Positions 25,858 to 38,400 of a DNA stretch of 64,000 nucleotides are shown piece after piece. Both the position numbers and the translations under genes were made by a program. The stretch is from assembly GCF_001194135.2 (NCBI RefSeq), contig NC_068983.1, forward strand, positions 105,470,854 through 105,534,853, written 5' to 3'. The notes beneath the pieces were generated by a model. It was given only the letters and a program-made list of their open reading frames with translations, had not been told where the DNA came from and made no database searches. Position 1 is the first letter of the stretch; each line of letters begins with the position of its first letter. This DNA comes from Octopus bimaculoides (taxonomy: Eukaryota).

Positions 25858-26050
25858 CCCTTTAGCATTCAGATTACTATGTCAAATGTTATGCTTATTT
25901 ATTCACATTACTTTGAATTAATCATGCATTATCTTGTAGCGTCAAGATTTCAATGGTGTATTTGTATATTTTTAAAATAACATTGTAGGGTAGGTGTGAG
26001 AGTTTGATTGTAATCAGTTTTAACATAAAATTGGTAGAATATTTGGGCCA
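25858..26050. mobile_element. piggyBac-type MITE, right end lost
   Basis: TTAA|CCCTTTAGCATTCAGATTA; body homologous to 58546-58767. Confidence 0.75.
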
Positions 26051-26074
26051 CATTAAAGTATTAAGCACAAATAC

Positions 26075-27355
26075 CAGGTATAGAATCAAAGGGCCTTAAA
26101 GTTAACCTAGCAAAAACCCAAGTTTTCGAAGGTAGGAAGGCAGACAAATCCCAAATCCCTTCAGATAGATGACCCTACTCAATCTGTAGAAAAGGTGTAG
26201 GTAGAAACTCTGTAAGATGTACCATGTAAGCTTTGGACACCTAAAAGGTGCAGCAATATCAGGAAGGTTAACAAGAAAACTAGCTTTTGTATGTGGAAGA
26301 TGCACAGGTACAATAAACACTGAAAATGTGCAGAAAATAGACTCCATCAACTGCCAGGCAGGCAAGCTGGAGGTGGTAGAGAGCTTCTGTTATCTAGATG
26401 ACCAAGTTAGTAGTGGAGGTAGCTGTGAGATTAAGATCAGGCTGGACAAAGTTGCAAGAGCGTCTATCCTTGCTGACAACAAAGGCCTCTCTCTCAGAGT
26501 GAAAAGAAGATTGCTTGATGCCTGTGTGCAAACAGCTATGCTGCATGGCAGTGAAACACGGGCTGTGACAGCTGAGGGGATGCATAGGCTTGAAAGAAAT
26601 GAAGCCAGTAAGCTTTGCTGGATGTACAATGTCAGTGTGCATGTTTGACAGAGTGTAAGCGTCTTGAGAGAAAAGTTAAGCATAAGAGGCATCAGATGTG
26701 GTATGCAAGAGAGACAACTGCACTGGTATGGTCATGTGGTGCGTATGGACAAGGACAGCTGTGTAAAGAAGTGCCGATCTCTAACTGGAGAGAACCTGAG
26801 GTAGATATGAGGCAAGGTGGTGAAGCATAATTTTTTAACTTTGAGCCTCACAAAGTAATGACTAGTGACTGAGATCTTTGGCGATGTGCTATACTTGAGA
26901 GGACCTGTCAAGCCAAGTGCACCTGTGCTGGTGGCATGTAAAGAACACCTTTTGAGCACTGGGTCTCATGGAGGCAAAGTAGCCGAGCTCCTTTCGAGCA
27001 CTGAGCCTCACAGAGGCAAAGTGGCTGAGTTCCTTTCAAGCACTGGGCCTCACAGAGGCAAAGTAGCTGGGTTCCTTTTGAGCATTGGGCCTCATGGAGG
27101 CAGTGACCAAGACTTTTGGCATTAAGTTGTGCTTGAGAAGAAAACCCATCAAACAAAGGAACATCGCAATTGTGGCAGATACTGGTATCAAGCAAATTGG
27201 CATGTGAAAGCACCTCAGTGTTACACAAATGGCACCCATGCCAGTGGCATGTAAATGCACCCATTATACTCTCGGAGTGGTTGGCATTAGGAAGGGTATG
27301 CAGCCTTCCACCATGCCAGCATGGACAACAAACATCAAATGATCATGGTCATGAT
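26075..27355 (+). mobile_element. 5'-truncated RTE-clade LINE
   Basis: [49 protein letters not shown]; 3' UTR homologous to the 16448 copy. Confidence 0.9.
26950..27100 (+). repeat. 42-bp tandem repeat (about 3.5 units) in the RTE 3' UTR
   Basis: Units start at 26950, 26992, 27034 and 27076 (TTT(C)GAGCACTGGGCCTCACAGAGGCAAAGTAGCTGAGTTCC-like). Confidence 0.9.
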
Positions 27356-27819
27356 TATGATCATCATTTTAACACCCACTTTTCTATTCTTGCTTCGGTC
27401 AAATGGAATTGGTTAAAGCAGATTTTCTGCAGCCAAATGACATTCCTGTCACCAACTCTCAACTATTTTCAAGCAAGTAATATTTTCCCATGGCCAGATA
27501 TGTTTTTCACAGAAAACTGGAAACCAACAGTATCATTTGTATAACATCCTCTCTTATCTGTTATAACTATCATCACTCTGGCATATCTGCCAGCACCAAC
27601 CTCCCTCCACCTTTGTTCCACACTCACTATAGCCACCCCTGCGTAACTATGACATCCAACTCCATCAATGCACATTTCTATCTCTCACCTCTTACTCCTC
27701 ACTGCACATCATTCACATATTTTCTGATCTCCCTACAGGTTTGTGATACTGCAGCTCTCCTCCCTTCATGCACTGCCACTTATTACCTCTTTCCTCCTGG
27801 CCTTTCACCTCAGGCAGGG

Positions 27820-28735
27820 TGCTCATGTAGGATTTACAGTGGTTGCACAGTGAATGGTCAATGCAACACAGAAACTGTGATCTATGAAGCAGATGTAGTG
27901 TTGTTCTTGGAATAACAGAAGTGGGTACATGCAAAAATATATTGGAGCTACAGAAGATCCTATTAAGATGGAGTTAAATAATCACAAGTCCTCTCTTAGA
28001 ATTCATCAAGAGAAGCTATGCATGGCAACTAAAAGAGGAAGTAACATCATACAAAATCAACTGGAAACTGCTGAAATGACCTGGACCATATCTGAAAGGA
28101 AGTAGCCATAGCAAACATTGCTTGGTGGAGATGAAACTTTCTCATTTGTTGCCAAAATGCGAGGGTTAACACACATTCCACATCTTGGTATTTTCTGAAC
28201 CAAGTTTTAAATTCTAAATTTAAAGTTTTTAATTCACCTGAAGAAAACAGGTCTTTTCATGATGTAATCAGTTTACTCATCAATTAAAATTGCATCTGAA
28301 ACAGGTGTAGTGAACCCATATCTGTTCTTTCTTTATGTAAACACCACACCTGGAACCTTCCCAAAGTTGGAAATGGAACTCACTGTAGATCATGAAACTA
28401 TGTATATGGATAATTTTGCATATATATGTGTATGTTGATTTCTTCATATACATGTATATATGTGTTGAGACTATCTGTACACATATTGGTATATGTATGT
28501 CAGTATATGCTATATACACAGCTATGCTAATCTTGATCCTAACTTGGTGTCCTTGTTTTTAACATACTTTCATTCAAATAAATCCTACGAACGTACCTTT
28601 TTTAGGGTATGACTTTTTGCATATTCCATCTGCAAACTGTGAATTATGATTATTACATTACACCGAACTTCCTGAGACAGCTGTTGAGTTAAGAAATTAT
28701 GTATTTTCTTCATCTTTTTCTGTATTTTTTGAGCT
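27820..28735 (+). mobile_element. Penelope-like element 3' fragment (GIY-YIG endonuclease plus tail)
   Basis: CTVNGQCNTETVIYEADV (VIY at 27877-27885), KYIGATEDPIK..NNHKSSL (YIG at 27938-27946), YAWQLKEE..YKINWKLL and PYLKGSSHSKHCLVE, joined across frameshifts. Confidence 0.85.
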
Positions 28736-28756
28736 CTTTGTTATTGTATGTATGTA

Positions 28757-28806
<50 letters not shown>

Positions 28807-28899
28807 GATAGATACAGATGAATATGGCACTTCAGTTGAGGCACCAGAATTATGAAGCTAAATTTATAAGTTCTAAAATTTCAGAAGAATTTGTTGCTG

Positions 28900-28971
28900 G
28901 GCAGTTTAGTTTAATGGTAAAACACTTGACGCGTAATCACAGAGATGTGAGTTTGAGTCTCATGGCTGGCC
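28900..28971 (+). pseudogene. tRNA-Thr(CGT)-like pseudogene
   Basis: Cloverleaf: acceptor GGCAGTT/GGCTGGC (6/7 paired), D-arm GTTT-AATGGTA-AAAC, anticodon loop CG-CGT-AA (U33 lost, extra base in the 3' stem), T-arm GTGAG-TTTGAGT-CTCAT (TTCG changed to TTTG); T-run about 10 nt downstream. Confidence 0.7.
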
Positions 28972-29167
28972 AGTAATATATTTTTCTGCAATATATGGAT
29001 AATTTATCCTGATCACGCTATTTATAGCATTATCACGCGTTTGAGAAATAAATTTATTTCTGTATCATATATATATACATACATACATGCACACACACAC
29101 ACATATAGCTACATATATTTAGAAAGAAAAAACACATTATATATATACAGTATACATTTACATAGAC

Positions 29168-31170
29168 CAGAAAAATATGAAGAAAATACATAATTTTTTA
29201 ACAGTTGTTTCAGGAAGCTTGGAATAATGTAATAATCAAAAAAGGGTATGCAGCAAGTAAACAATCATACAAAAGTCTGGCTCCTTCTCATCAAGAGAAG
29301 GTTGGCAAAAGTGATGAACATAGTAGTGCCGGAGATTCAAGTGGTTGAAGGAATGAGTAGGTAGAACAAGAGCAAAAAGCAGAGGGAGGGAGGGGGATTT
29401 CATGACAAGGAGGGAAGGAATAGAGTTAGAATAGAAGAAACAGAGGGAGGAAGGGAGAGGGTAAAGTTAAAGTCAGTGTGGTGAAAGCAAATGTCACTGG
29501 TGGTCAAGGGAATCTATCTAAGCAGGCAATAAATCAGTTAGGGATGACAGGTGAGCAGATGGAGAGATAAGAAGAGATAAGCAATGAAGGAAAGGAGCAC
29601 AGTGGGAGCAGTGGAGGAAGGTATGCTGAGATAAGAAGAAAAGGAGAAAGTGCTGCTAGTATAGCTAGATAATAAGTAAAGAGCTTGACCACAATTAAGA
29701 GAAATCATAAAGACTTTATGTAATTGGAAACTGTGGAATAAAATTTATGCTTACACAAGATTACATGAGAGAACCTATTGAGTAATGAGGTATTATGATG
29801 GTGAACAATAACAAGTAATTCCATGCAACATAACTTACAAACATGATGGCTAGTGTTGTATGGTGAAGCCCCACAAACTACAGACCAAGATAAGAATAGA
29901 GAATATCCTAGGATTTTAGGTGGTGTATATAAGAAGCCAGTGAGGTAGAGAGTTTAGAGGCTCCATCTGAGAATGAATTCAGGTCAGCCTAGTAGTGCCA
30001 CATGAAATCAACAGTGCCACAACTATAGACCCTAGTTTGGTGAGACCATGGGGTTATAACTTGACATTTATATACAACATTATAATGTAAGCAAAATCCA
30101 TCTGACAGACATGGTTGGGAGACCTGACAATTACAGGTTTTCCCTCTAGCAGTGGACTTAGGATTAATCCCTATTCTATGCTGATTCATATGATCAGTTA
30201 TCCTCAAAGGAGGACCAGAGGTGTTAATGTTAGTAGTATGGGACTTGGAGAGGGTGTCACTACTGTTACATGTGTTAAGGTTACTAGAACTAGGGCTGAT
30301 GGTACTAGTGTGACTATCATTGAAGTGGGTAGGATTCCCAAAGTTCATAGTATTAGTATTTAGTGGGTTAAGGCGGGGTCCAAATGAATAGTTTATAGGG
30401 CCCACAGTAAGGCATCTAAATTTGCACCTATTGGAAGAGGCAATAATAGATCCTAAGTTTGGTGTTTTTGGAGTATGAGCTTTCAATTGAAGATTTATTA
30501 GAGATGGAGTAGTGTTTATAGTGTAATGGGAAATTAGAGCTTAGAATTTGGAAAAATAGCTTAGGTAAAGATTTAACTTGGGGAGAGAATGGTGAACTTA
30601 CAACCCCTGAGGTGGCTGTAATACTGGGCAAGTACCGACCACAAGGAAATCCATTGCAGGGTGATTAGATGTGGATGGGTAGAGGCAAGCTTGGCAGGCT
30701 TAGATTCCACATTAGGAAAGAGAAGTGCAAGTTTTGTCTTTAGCCTAGTATTGGGAATGTAAGAGATTCTCTTGTAGAAGCCACTATTCCTAAAAGCCTG
30801 GTATAACTAGCATGGGACATAATTATTAAAGATATCCTCATTAGCTGATAGGTGAAAAATCCTGATTGAAACACTAGCGATAATGCTATTATGGGTAAAT
30901 CTAGGGTAATTAGAAAGGACATTGATATATTGTAATCACTCTTTCAGGTCACTTCTTAGAAGTTAGTTGCTTTAATGCTATTTTCAAATGAGATAGAAAG
31001 GTTATAATTCTTAAAAAGTTATTGAGGATCTTCCAAGTACTTTCAATGAATGGTCGAGATATACTGGTGGCTGTAAGAAGAGCATTGTCCTCCAGATAGG
31101 CTAGGGAAGTGCTGGTTTATTTGAGAGCGAAGAGAAAGTTCAACCAGGTCGTATGTAGGTATGTATTGTG
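29168..31170 (-). mobile_element. 5'-truncated Penelope-like element (RT C-half, linker, GIY-YIG, tail)
   Basis: Minus strand: YLEDNAL (decayed YxDD at 31081-31098), NF*EVT, SIRIFHLSANEDIF, FFQILSSNFP..SSYS..TPNLGSII, CNCQ..PCLSDGFCLHYNVVYKCQV, LASYIHHLK, ASPYNTSHHVCKLCCME, LLNRFS..LCKH. Confidence 0.88.
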
Positions 31171-31906
31171 CGGAGGTGTGTGAATGTCTGTCTTTCTTCA
31201 TCGTTGTATGTCGGTAAATAAAGTGAAAAAAAAAAAATTAGTGCTTTACGAAATCCCTCAAGATATCTTTTCTGCGTCGAGTTACAGGGACACTACCTTG
31301 TCACTCTGATTGTCAGAAATGTAGTGACGAATCAATGATTAATCTATTGCGCTATCGTTGTGTAAGTGCTTGTCATGAAATTCGCTGAAAGTAAATAAAA
31401 TAGTTTACGCGTTTAATTCGTAATGCTAAAGACACCCAGTTGGTGGATCTATTCAATATCAGTCACAAAATACATATTTTTGTCACTTATTAGTAATCTA
31501 CAAAGTTTCGTCTCCGTACCTTTTCAATTTGAATTTTATAAGTATAGTTTGAAGAAAATGGTATGATGATTCGGGCATCGTTCTTCATAAAAGATGTTTT
31601 ATGAATAACATTTACCAAATTTTCCTGTATGATAATGATAGTTCATAAATTAAAATATATTTAACTTTTCATTGCATGATTACTAAAATATAAACGAAGA
31701 TACCAAAGTTTTTTTTCTTTCCTCTTTAAGACTACAATTCTAAAGTCCAATTTAACAGCAAATGTTGATTATTCACGTTATTGCAATTTTGTTTACGGTA
31801 AGTCGTTATTTTTATATTTTCATTATTTCAAATTATTCATTATCAAAAATTAAGTACCGAATGTTATATTAAAATATATTAATTTTCGGCTTTTTAACTC
31901 TAAACG

Positions 31907-31961
<55 letters not shown>

Positions 31962-32001
31962 AGACATTTAGCGACATTCAAATGAGTCGGTTTATGATTT
32001 G

Positions 32002-32016
32002 GGCGGAAAGTTTGAA
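32002..32016 (+). promoter_or_regulatory. Candidate CDE/CHR cell-cycle element (DREAM/MMB site) upstream of TRIP13
   Basis: GGCGG (32002-32006), 4-nt spacer AAAG, TTTGAA (32011-32016); 324 nt upstream of the TRIP13 ATG. Confidence 0.55.
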
Positions 32017-32339
32017 AAGTTTCCGTATGTCTTCTGCAATTCAATGATTTAGTTTAGTTTAGTTTTTTGTTCATTTCACAATCCGCATTTAAATCTACGT
32101 GATTAATTAATTATCTTTTTACGAAAATATTATTCATCAGAACACAAATAAATGTTTTGCTTTTTTTTACAATTATTTGTTTAGCAACATAGTTTTAAAT
32201 TTCCCATAATTGAAAGGAGAAAGAAAACGGAAAAGAAATTTAATACACTTCATATTATAATTTTTCAAACGAATTTTGACAAATTGATCTCATTCTACGT
32301 TTTTCTGTTGAAACTAATTCAGTCGATAAACTGTAATTA

Positions 32340-32425
32340 ATGGATCGTGTTGCTGAATTAGAAAATGCCCTTCCTCACGATTTTCAATCGTTTTTCCACG
32401 TCGAAGTAGCACTGAAACCAGAAAG
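32340..32425 (+). CDS. TRIP13: TRIP13 coding exon 1
   Basis: [28 protein letters not shown]; AG|GTATGT, phase 2. Confidence 0.85.
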
Positions 32426-35400
32426 GTATGTATAATTTGGATTATCACTTGATGTTGCCTTTTTTTATTACTGAAAACTATTCCTGTTTATCATTAAAAA
32501 CAATTCCTGAACAGAAGGTACATTGAACTTAATCATTTTGTTTCTTTTTAACCACACTGTTTTAGCAAACAGATAATCCATTTCATAACAGTGACATAAA
32601 TCGATCGAAATGTTTATTTTTCTTAAGCTTATCTCACCATTAAAATGTACTTTATTTAACACTTCCACCTACGCAAGTAAACGTCTACTTTAATTTGATT
32701 TTATATAGATTTTCTCTTTTATCTGAATGTTTCCTAAACTTTTTATACATGTGAGGCTTTGCACCTTTATTAGTTGGAATAGTTTATTTTTCAGCTCACT
32801 GAAATGTAAATTTATCGAACCAATTGGATCTTGTATTTTAAAATTAAAAAGTTGGAAAAAATACTTCGTTTAAAGACGTCTGAATTTACGTTTTTTTTAA
32901 AATCTAAAGTAAATAATAAATTGATTTTTAAGTAAGATTTTTTTTTTTTAATATACCAAACCATTATAAAGAAAGAGAAAAGTGTAAAACTGGAATTGTT
33001 TAACTTTTAGTAAGCTTGCTGAAAGTATGAATTATTGTAAGCAGTGGGAAATTTTAAAAGGATTCTTCAATTAAAGTGATATCTTTGTTTGGACAGGAGA
33101 CTGATTCTCACGTTCAAATGAAATATTTAATGACTGAAATGAGTTTGGAAAAGGAAAAGTTACCACAGCATTTTCTCATCAAAATGTAGAAAGATAAATA
33201 AAATGATACATTAAACTATTTAGCTTTTGAGTTCGAATTTTGCATATGGTTCCTCCAGCTCTGTGTAAGATAGTTCGGCAATGCTTCGTTCATTGGTACC
33301 AATAACGAAACATTGCCGATAATTCTATTTATTTCATGTTACTTATTGGATAAATAAAAACTGGTTCACCTAAAAAAAAAATTAACATATGAGGCTAGTA
33401 TCCAATTTAGGGAGAGATTTATTTTTCATTTACTTGTTCTTTCTGTAATATCTCCAAGAGCCTGTGGTTTCATGTTTCTTTAACCCAGATAGTTGTCTTA
33501 ACATAATGGCTAGGGTGCTAAGGATATGAAAGAAGTTAGAGAAATGGCGCTTGGCGAAAAGTGATTGATTTCTGTCTTTCTCAAAAGGGAGTTTAGATTA
33601 TATTAGGCATGTGAGGGAACTCTAATGCCGTATGATGCTGAGAAATGGATTGTGTGACAAGGCGGCTAACTGGCAGAACGTCTTTACATTCTGAGTTCAA
33701 ATTCCACCAAGGTCGACTTTGCCTTTCATCCTTTTGGGCTGATAAATAAGTACCAATTGATGACTGGATTTGACATAATCGTCTGACCCACTCCCCCAAA
33801 TTTTTCTAGAAAAAGTTAAATATCTCCAGCAATTCAGCTTGGAAAACTACATTAATGTACCAAATGTTAAACTTTTAAATAAACTTTGATTTTTGAAATC
33901 TTGGCAGCCAAACAGAACAGATTCATAATCTTGAATACATTTTACCTTAAAGCTAGTATAATCATGACTCAAACACTTTTGTTCAATCAGTGCTGCCTAG
34001 GCATTCAACCATTGAAATAATCATTATAGGATGGCTCTACTTGCTATAAATAGTAGCCAAATCTCCCTTATATCACACTATTAAAATGAGAAGATTTGTA
34101 ACGGTTGTTGTTTATGTTGAAGGCAAAGATGTTGATGTTGACTCCAAGAAAGAAAGACAGTGGCTAAAGTTATAGATAACATATTTATTTCACTATTACA
34201 TATAATTAAAGCTAAACCATGATGGGCAGGCATGTATAAAAACCGTCAGAAAGCATATGAGGTAATGAGAGTTATATTTTCTTGTAAAAGGATAGATAGC
34301 GTTGGACTTATTTATTCCCTGTTGTTCTAGCAGCAGTAACTAAAAAGATCAAGTGATGTTGAAACAAAAAGTGAGCGAGTGAGAAAGAGAGTGGTGGACG
34401 AGATAACTGTATCGCTGGTGAATGTCATAGCTGCCCCTCTGTGACGTTACTTCTGTTAAGACGGTATTTCATTCGTGCTGGTCGGTCTCACTCACTGCCT
34501 TTTCCTTACAGAATCTTGTATTTATTATTGTGCAGACTACCTAGGAAAATGGATATATCGTTATAATTATAACTAAATTAATATAGATCACACTTTGTTT
34601 ATATAAACTTTCAGTGGTATAGCAAGGTCATGGGTCAAACAGAGAACACATTTATCAGTGTTCCCTTTTGACAGACAATAGACCGTATGGCTAGGGAGAA
34701 TTTCAAGATGCGGTTTCAGATCTTGACTAGGGAGAGAAATTCGATTTCCACAGATATATTTGTCCAGGATAATGTAGACCTGGATATATTATACCTGAAA
34801 CAAAATTGGGACAATCATAGCTTGAACACCTTTGATCATAAAGTACCACCAACAAGGGATCCTCTATATGATCGCTTGACCTGCAAGAAATTGCTGTCAG
34901 ATTTTCTTCAAATTACACCCTACTGTCTTAAAAAGGAGAATCACGCTAGGACAGTCACAGTGAAATGCCTTTAATCTGAGGTCTTCCTGTTGAGGACGCA
35001 GGACCCGATACTTTTAATTCTAAGTGTTGTAAGAACAGCATTAAAGACTCTATCTTCATTCAGTATAGTCAAAACAACTCATTTTTGTCAAGCTTTAACA
35101 GTCTTACAGCTCTTATGCAGTGAGTTAGGGTTTTTTCTGCCCCTACACTACATGTTTACAGTGTGATGGATTGGTCCCTTTTTAATGTTAAGGGTTATGG
35201 CCATATGTATAGTACAGTGCAGTTGTCAGAAAGTAAAACTCTCAGAAGTGAGGAACCTACAACACTTTTTGAAAGATGTGCAATGTTTGAAGGAGAATCA
35301 TTATACTGGAATACATTTATGTTGATTTAATTTAATCTTAAAGCCTATCTTTTCAGCTAATTACCTATTTTAGAAACACCTATAGAGGTGCTTCTTCTAA

Positions 35401-38400
35401 AAGAATGTGTTTTCATTTTATTAAGGTATATATCATATAAATAATTACATTTTATAAAATTATAGATTTAGCTGGATGGAATGGAGTATTATTTGGTCTT
35501 GTCCAATGGCAGTTAACTTCAGTATGGCCTTCCAATGAAAAAAAAGGGAAAAAAATTCCCCAGCTCTGCTCTAACTCTTATATCCACATAATACAGTTCA
35601 ATCAGTGTTGACACTTTGTTATAATTGAATGTGCTTTGGACAAACTAATGTATAAAAAATATTTTCTATTTTTACAGCATTGCTCGGAAAAATTTTATCA
35701 AAGAGCGTGTCAAACTATTCTTATATAATCAGAAGGTGGCTTATGGTGATTTTATTACCACAGAGTTTGATGATGAAGACTTAAAAACTCATGTAAAAAG
35801 TTTAGCTTTGTGTGATACAGATTTGAGCATCAGAGAAAGACAGGTATATATTTATATTTCTTATTTTCATATTTTTTAAAATATGTAATTAATGCAGTAA
35901 TTAAATATAGAAGTCTTTTATATATTTTTCTAGTTTTATGTAGACTGCATTCAGAAGGTAGTTGATTCTACTTATATTTATGAGTTGGGTGTAGGTCTTC
36001 ATTGTTCAAAAGGGTCAGTCTACCTAGCTGTAAATAAATAAATATTAAAATTAAAAAAAAAAATTATGTGAGATTAATTGTAAACAAAGATTGAACCTAT
36101 TTTTGTTTTGAGATATAGCAGTATTATCCATTGGTAGTATAAAGTTTTCAAAAATCTCTCATTATTTAAAGTTCTAAGCCTGATTAATACCTTTGTGCTG
36201 TATTCACTGAACGGGGTGGGGAGAGAGAGAGAGAGATCTAACTCAGTTAGTCTTCCAAAATGCCTTCACACCAAATTAAATGTTTATTCATCTTTAATAT
36301 ATTTTCTATTTGAAAGTTAGAGAAGATCAGGTCCCATAACCATTTTCATTTGACATTCTGCTAGAAACTAGTAGTTACAGTGGTAACAAGTAAAGATATG
36401 AGTAAAAGTAAGTGATGCCAATGGGAGACAGTTCTGGGAGACTTTTCAGAAGAGAATCAGTGACAATGATAAGAGTAGTAGTTGATTATATTGAATACTG
36501 AAGGAACAGAATTAGTTAAGTTCTGAAGAGTAGAGAATGTTTTATCAGTGCAAGAGACACAAAGAAAATATAGGATGTGTAGTCACTATGGGTTTGCTTT
36601 TCCTGCACTTAGTTTTGAATGTGTTTTGTGCATATATGTAGTAGATGCACCATCTCTGATATTCAATTAACTCCTACTTTTGAAAATTCAACTTAATATC
36701 AATCCTCACTTTATCAAAAGGAGATATTAAATGAAAATTACAAAAAAAAGTATAAGCTTAATTCATTTTTTTTCTCTCTTAAATAGTATAGATCTTGTAT
36801 TTTGCACTCTTATATATTTCAGAGTATTGACTTACAGAGCAGCAATTTGAAAGTGCATGTTTTCCATTTACATGAAGATGGTCCCTCAGATGAAGATCTT
36901 GGAGATGATAGTAATTGTAGTGTTGCACAGATTTGGAACTTGCCTAGTTTATCCTTCTATAACATGTGGGATTTTCTAGTATTTGATGAAGATATAAAAG
37001 CTTATGTAAGAAACTTATTGATTATTCAAGAAAATTACTCATTCACTACAAAATATTTCCTTTCATTTTAATCCTGTTAGTTTTTTCTTTTTCTTAACTT
37101 TGTATTGCTTTTAAATATAAATTTTATAAGGAATATTCTAAAAGAATATGTTACTGAACTTATATTAAGTGCTCTATTATTTTGAGCAAATAAATATATA
37201 TATATGTGTGTTTTTATATCATTAATAAATTTATAAAATTATCAATAATATTCACAGGAAATCAATATTCAAATTTCACTAAGTAAACTACACATAAATG
37301 AATGGCTTGTGAGAGTTGTGCAAGCTATGTACAGAGGTGCCATTAGAAAAGTGAGTTTTTGCAATGAGTTCATTGAGGAATTTAGTGTGCAGGCATAGGT
37401 CCATCAATATTCAATTCTCAGCCCACTCCTGTTGTTATAGTTCTTCAGGCCATAAAAAAATTTAAACCAGTTGTCCATGGGAACACCTGTATACTAATGA
37501 CCTAATTTTCATAGCCGAAGCTGTAAAAGATTTAAAGAAATTCCTAATGTGGAAGTAAAACCTAGAATTGAGAGGTTGCAACATAAACTTAGCAAAGACA
37601 AAAGTTTTATTTAGCAGGCAAGAAGACTGGACTCCAGTGCCATTTGGGAAGCAGTCATACTCAATATAAAGAAAAAGAGTTGGTAGGAATTTCATACATT
37701 GTACTCAGTGTCAACTACGGGTACATAAGAAGTGTAGTGGGATCAAAAGTATGGTGACAAATGAGGAAGACTTTAATTGTTGCATATGCACAGGAGAATA
37801 TAGTAATGTGATGACTCGTGAAATAACTTTTTTCATATCTTCAGAAGAATTCTAAGAAGTAGTTGATTGCCTCTGCTGTCTAGGTTACTTAACAGCGAAG
37901 CTGAGTGTTCCAAAAGCATAGTAGACAATAAGAGTTGGGTAGAAAATTTTCAAGGAGCAACAAGAGGATTCTCAAACCAATAAGAGAATGTGTACATGGT
38001 TGCCTGACCTGTTAGATACAGCCATATTTCCTCTAATCCCCTCTACTGTCTTAGACAAGAACACTTTGGATAATGTAGTTCTGGATTTCCCACACATAGG
38101 TAAAAGATGGGATGGTCATGGGCAGAATACCTTTGATCTTATATCTACTCAGTGTCAATCTAGGATTAAGTCTCCATAACAATAAGGATTCTTGTGTACA
38201 ATCTTGCATAGTAATGCAAAATAAACATTGAATGCAGAGGATGTGCAAAGGTTGGAAAGAAAGAAGACTAGCATGTTGCACTGGATGTGCAATGTTAGTG
38301 TGCATGAACGATGGAGTACAAATGAACTGAGAGGAAAACTAAGTATTAGTGGTGAGCAAGAGAGGAGACAATATTGGTATGGACATGTGATGCATATGGA

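Noticed and set aside
26950-27100. Regular repeats superficially like a CRISPR array
   Set aside because: Head-to-tail tandem units without unique spacers, inside a eukaryotic LINE UTR; no cas genes.
31798-32322. Possible 5'-UTR intron of TRIP13 (CG|GTAAGT donor, TTCAG acceptor)
   Set aside because: Cannot be supported without transcripts; kept only as a caveat for the CDE/CHR call.
34600-35000. 95-aa ORF (34687-34974) in TRIP13 intron 1
   Set aside because: No recognisable domain or splice context, and it partly overlaps a recurring repeat tail.
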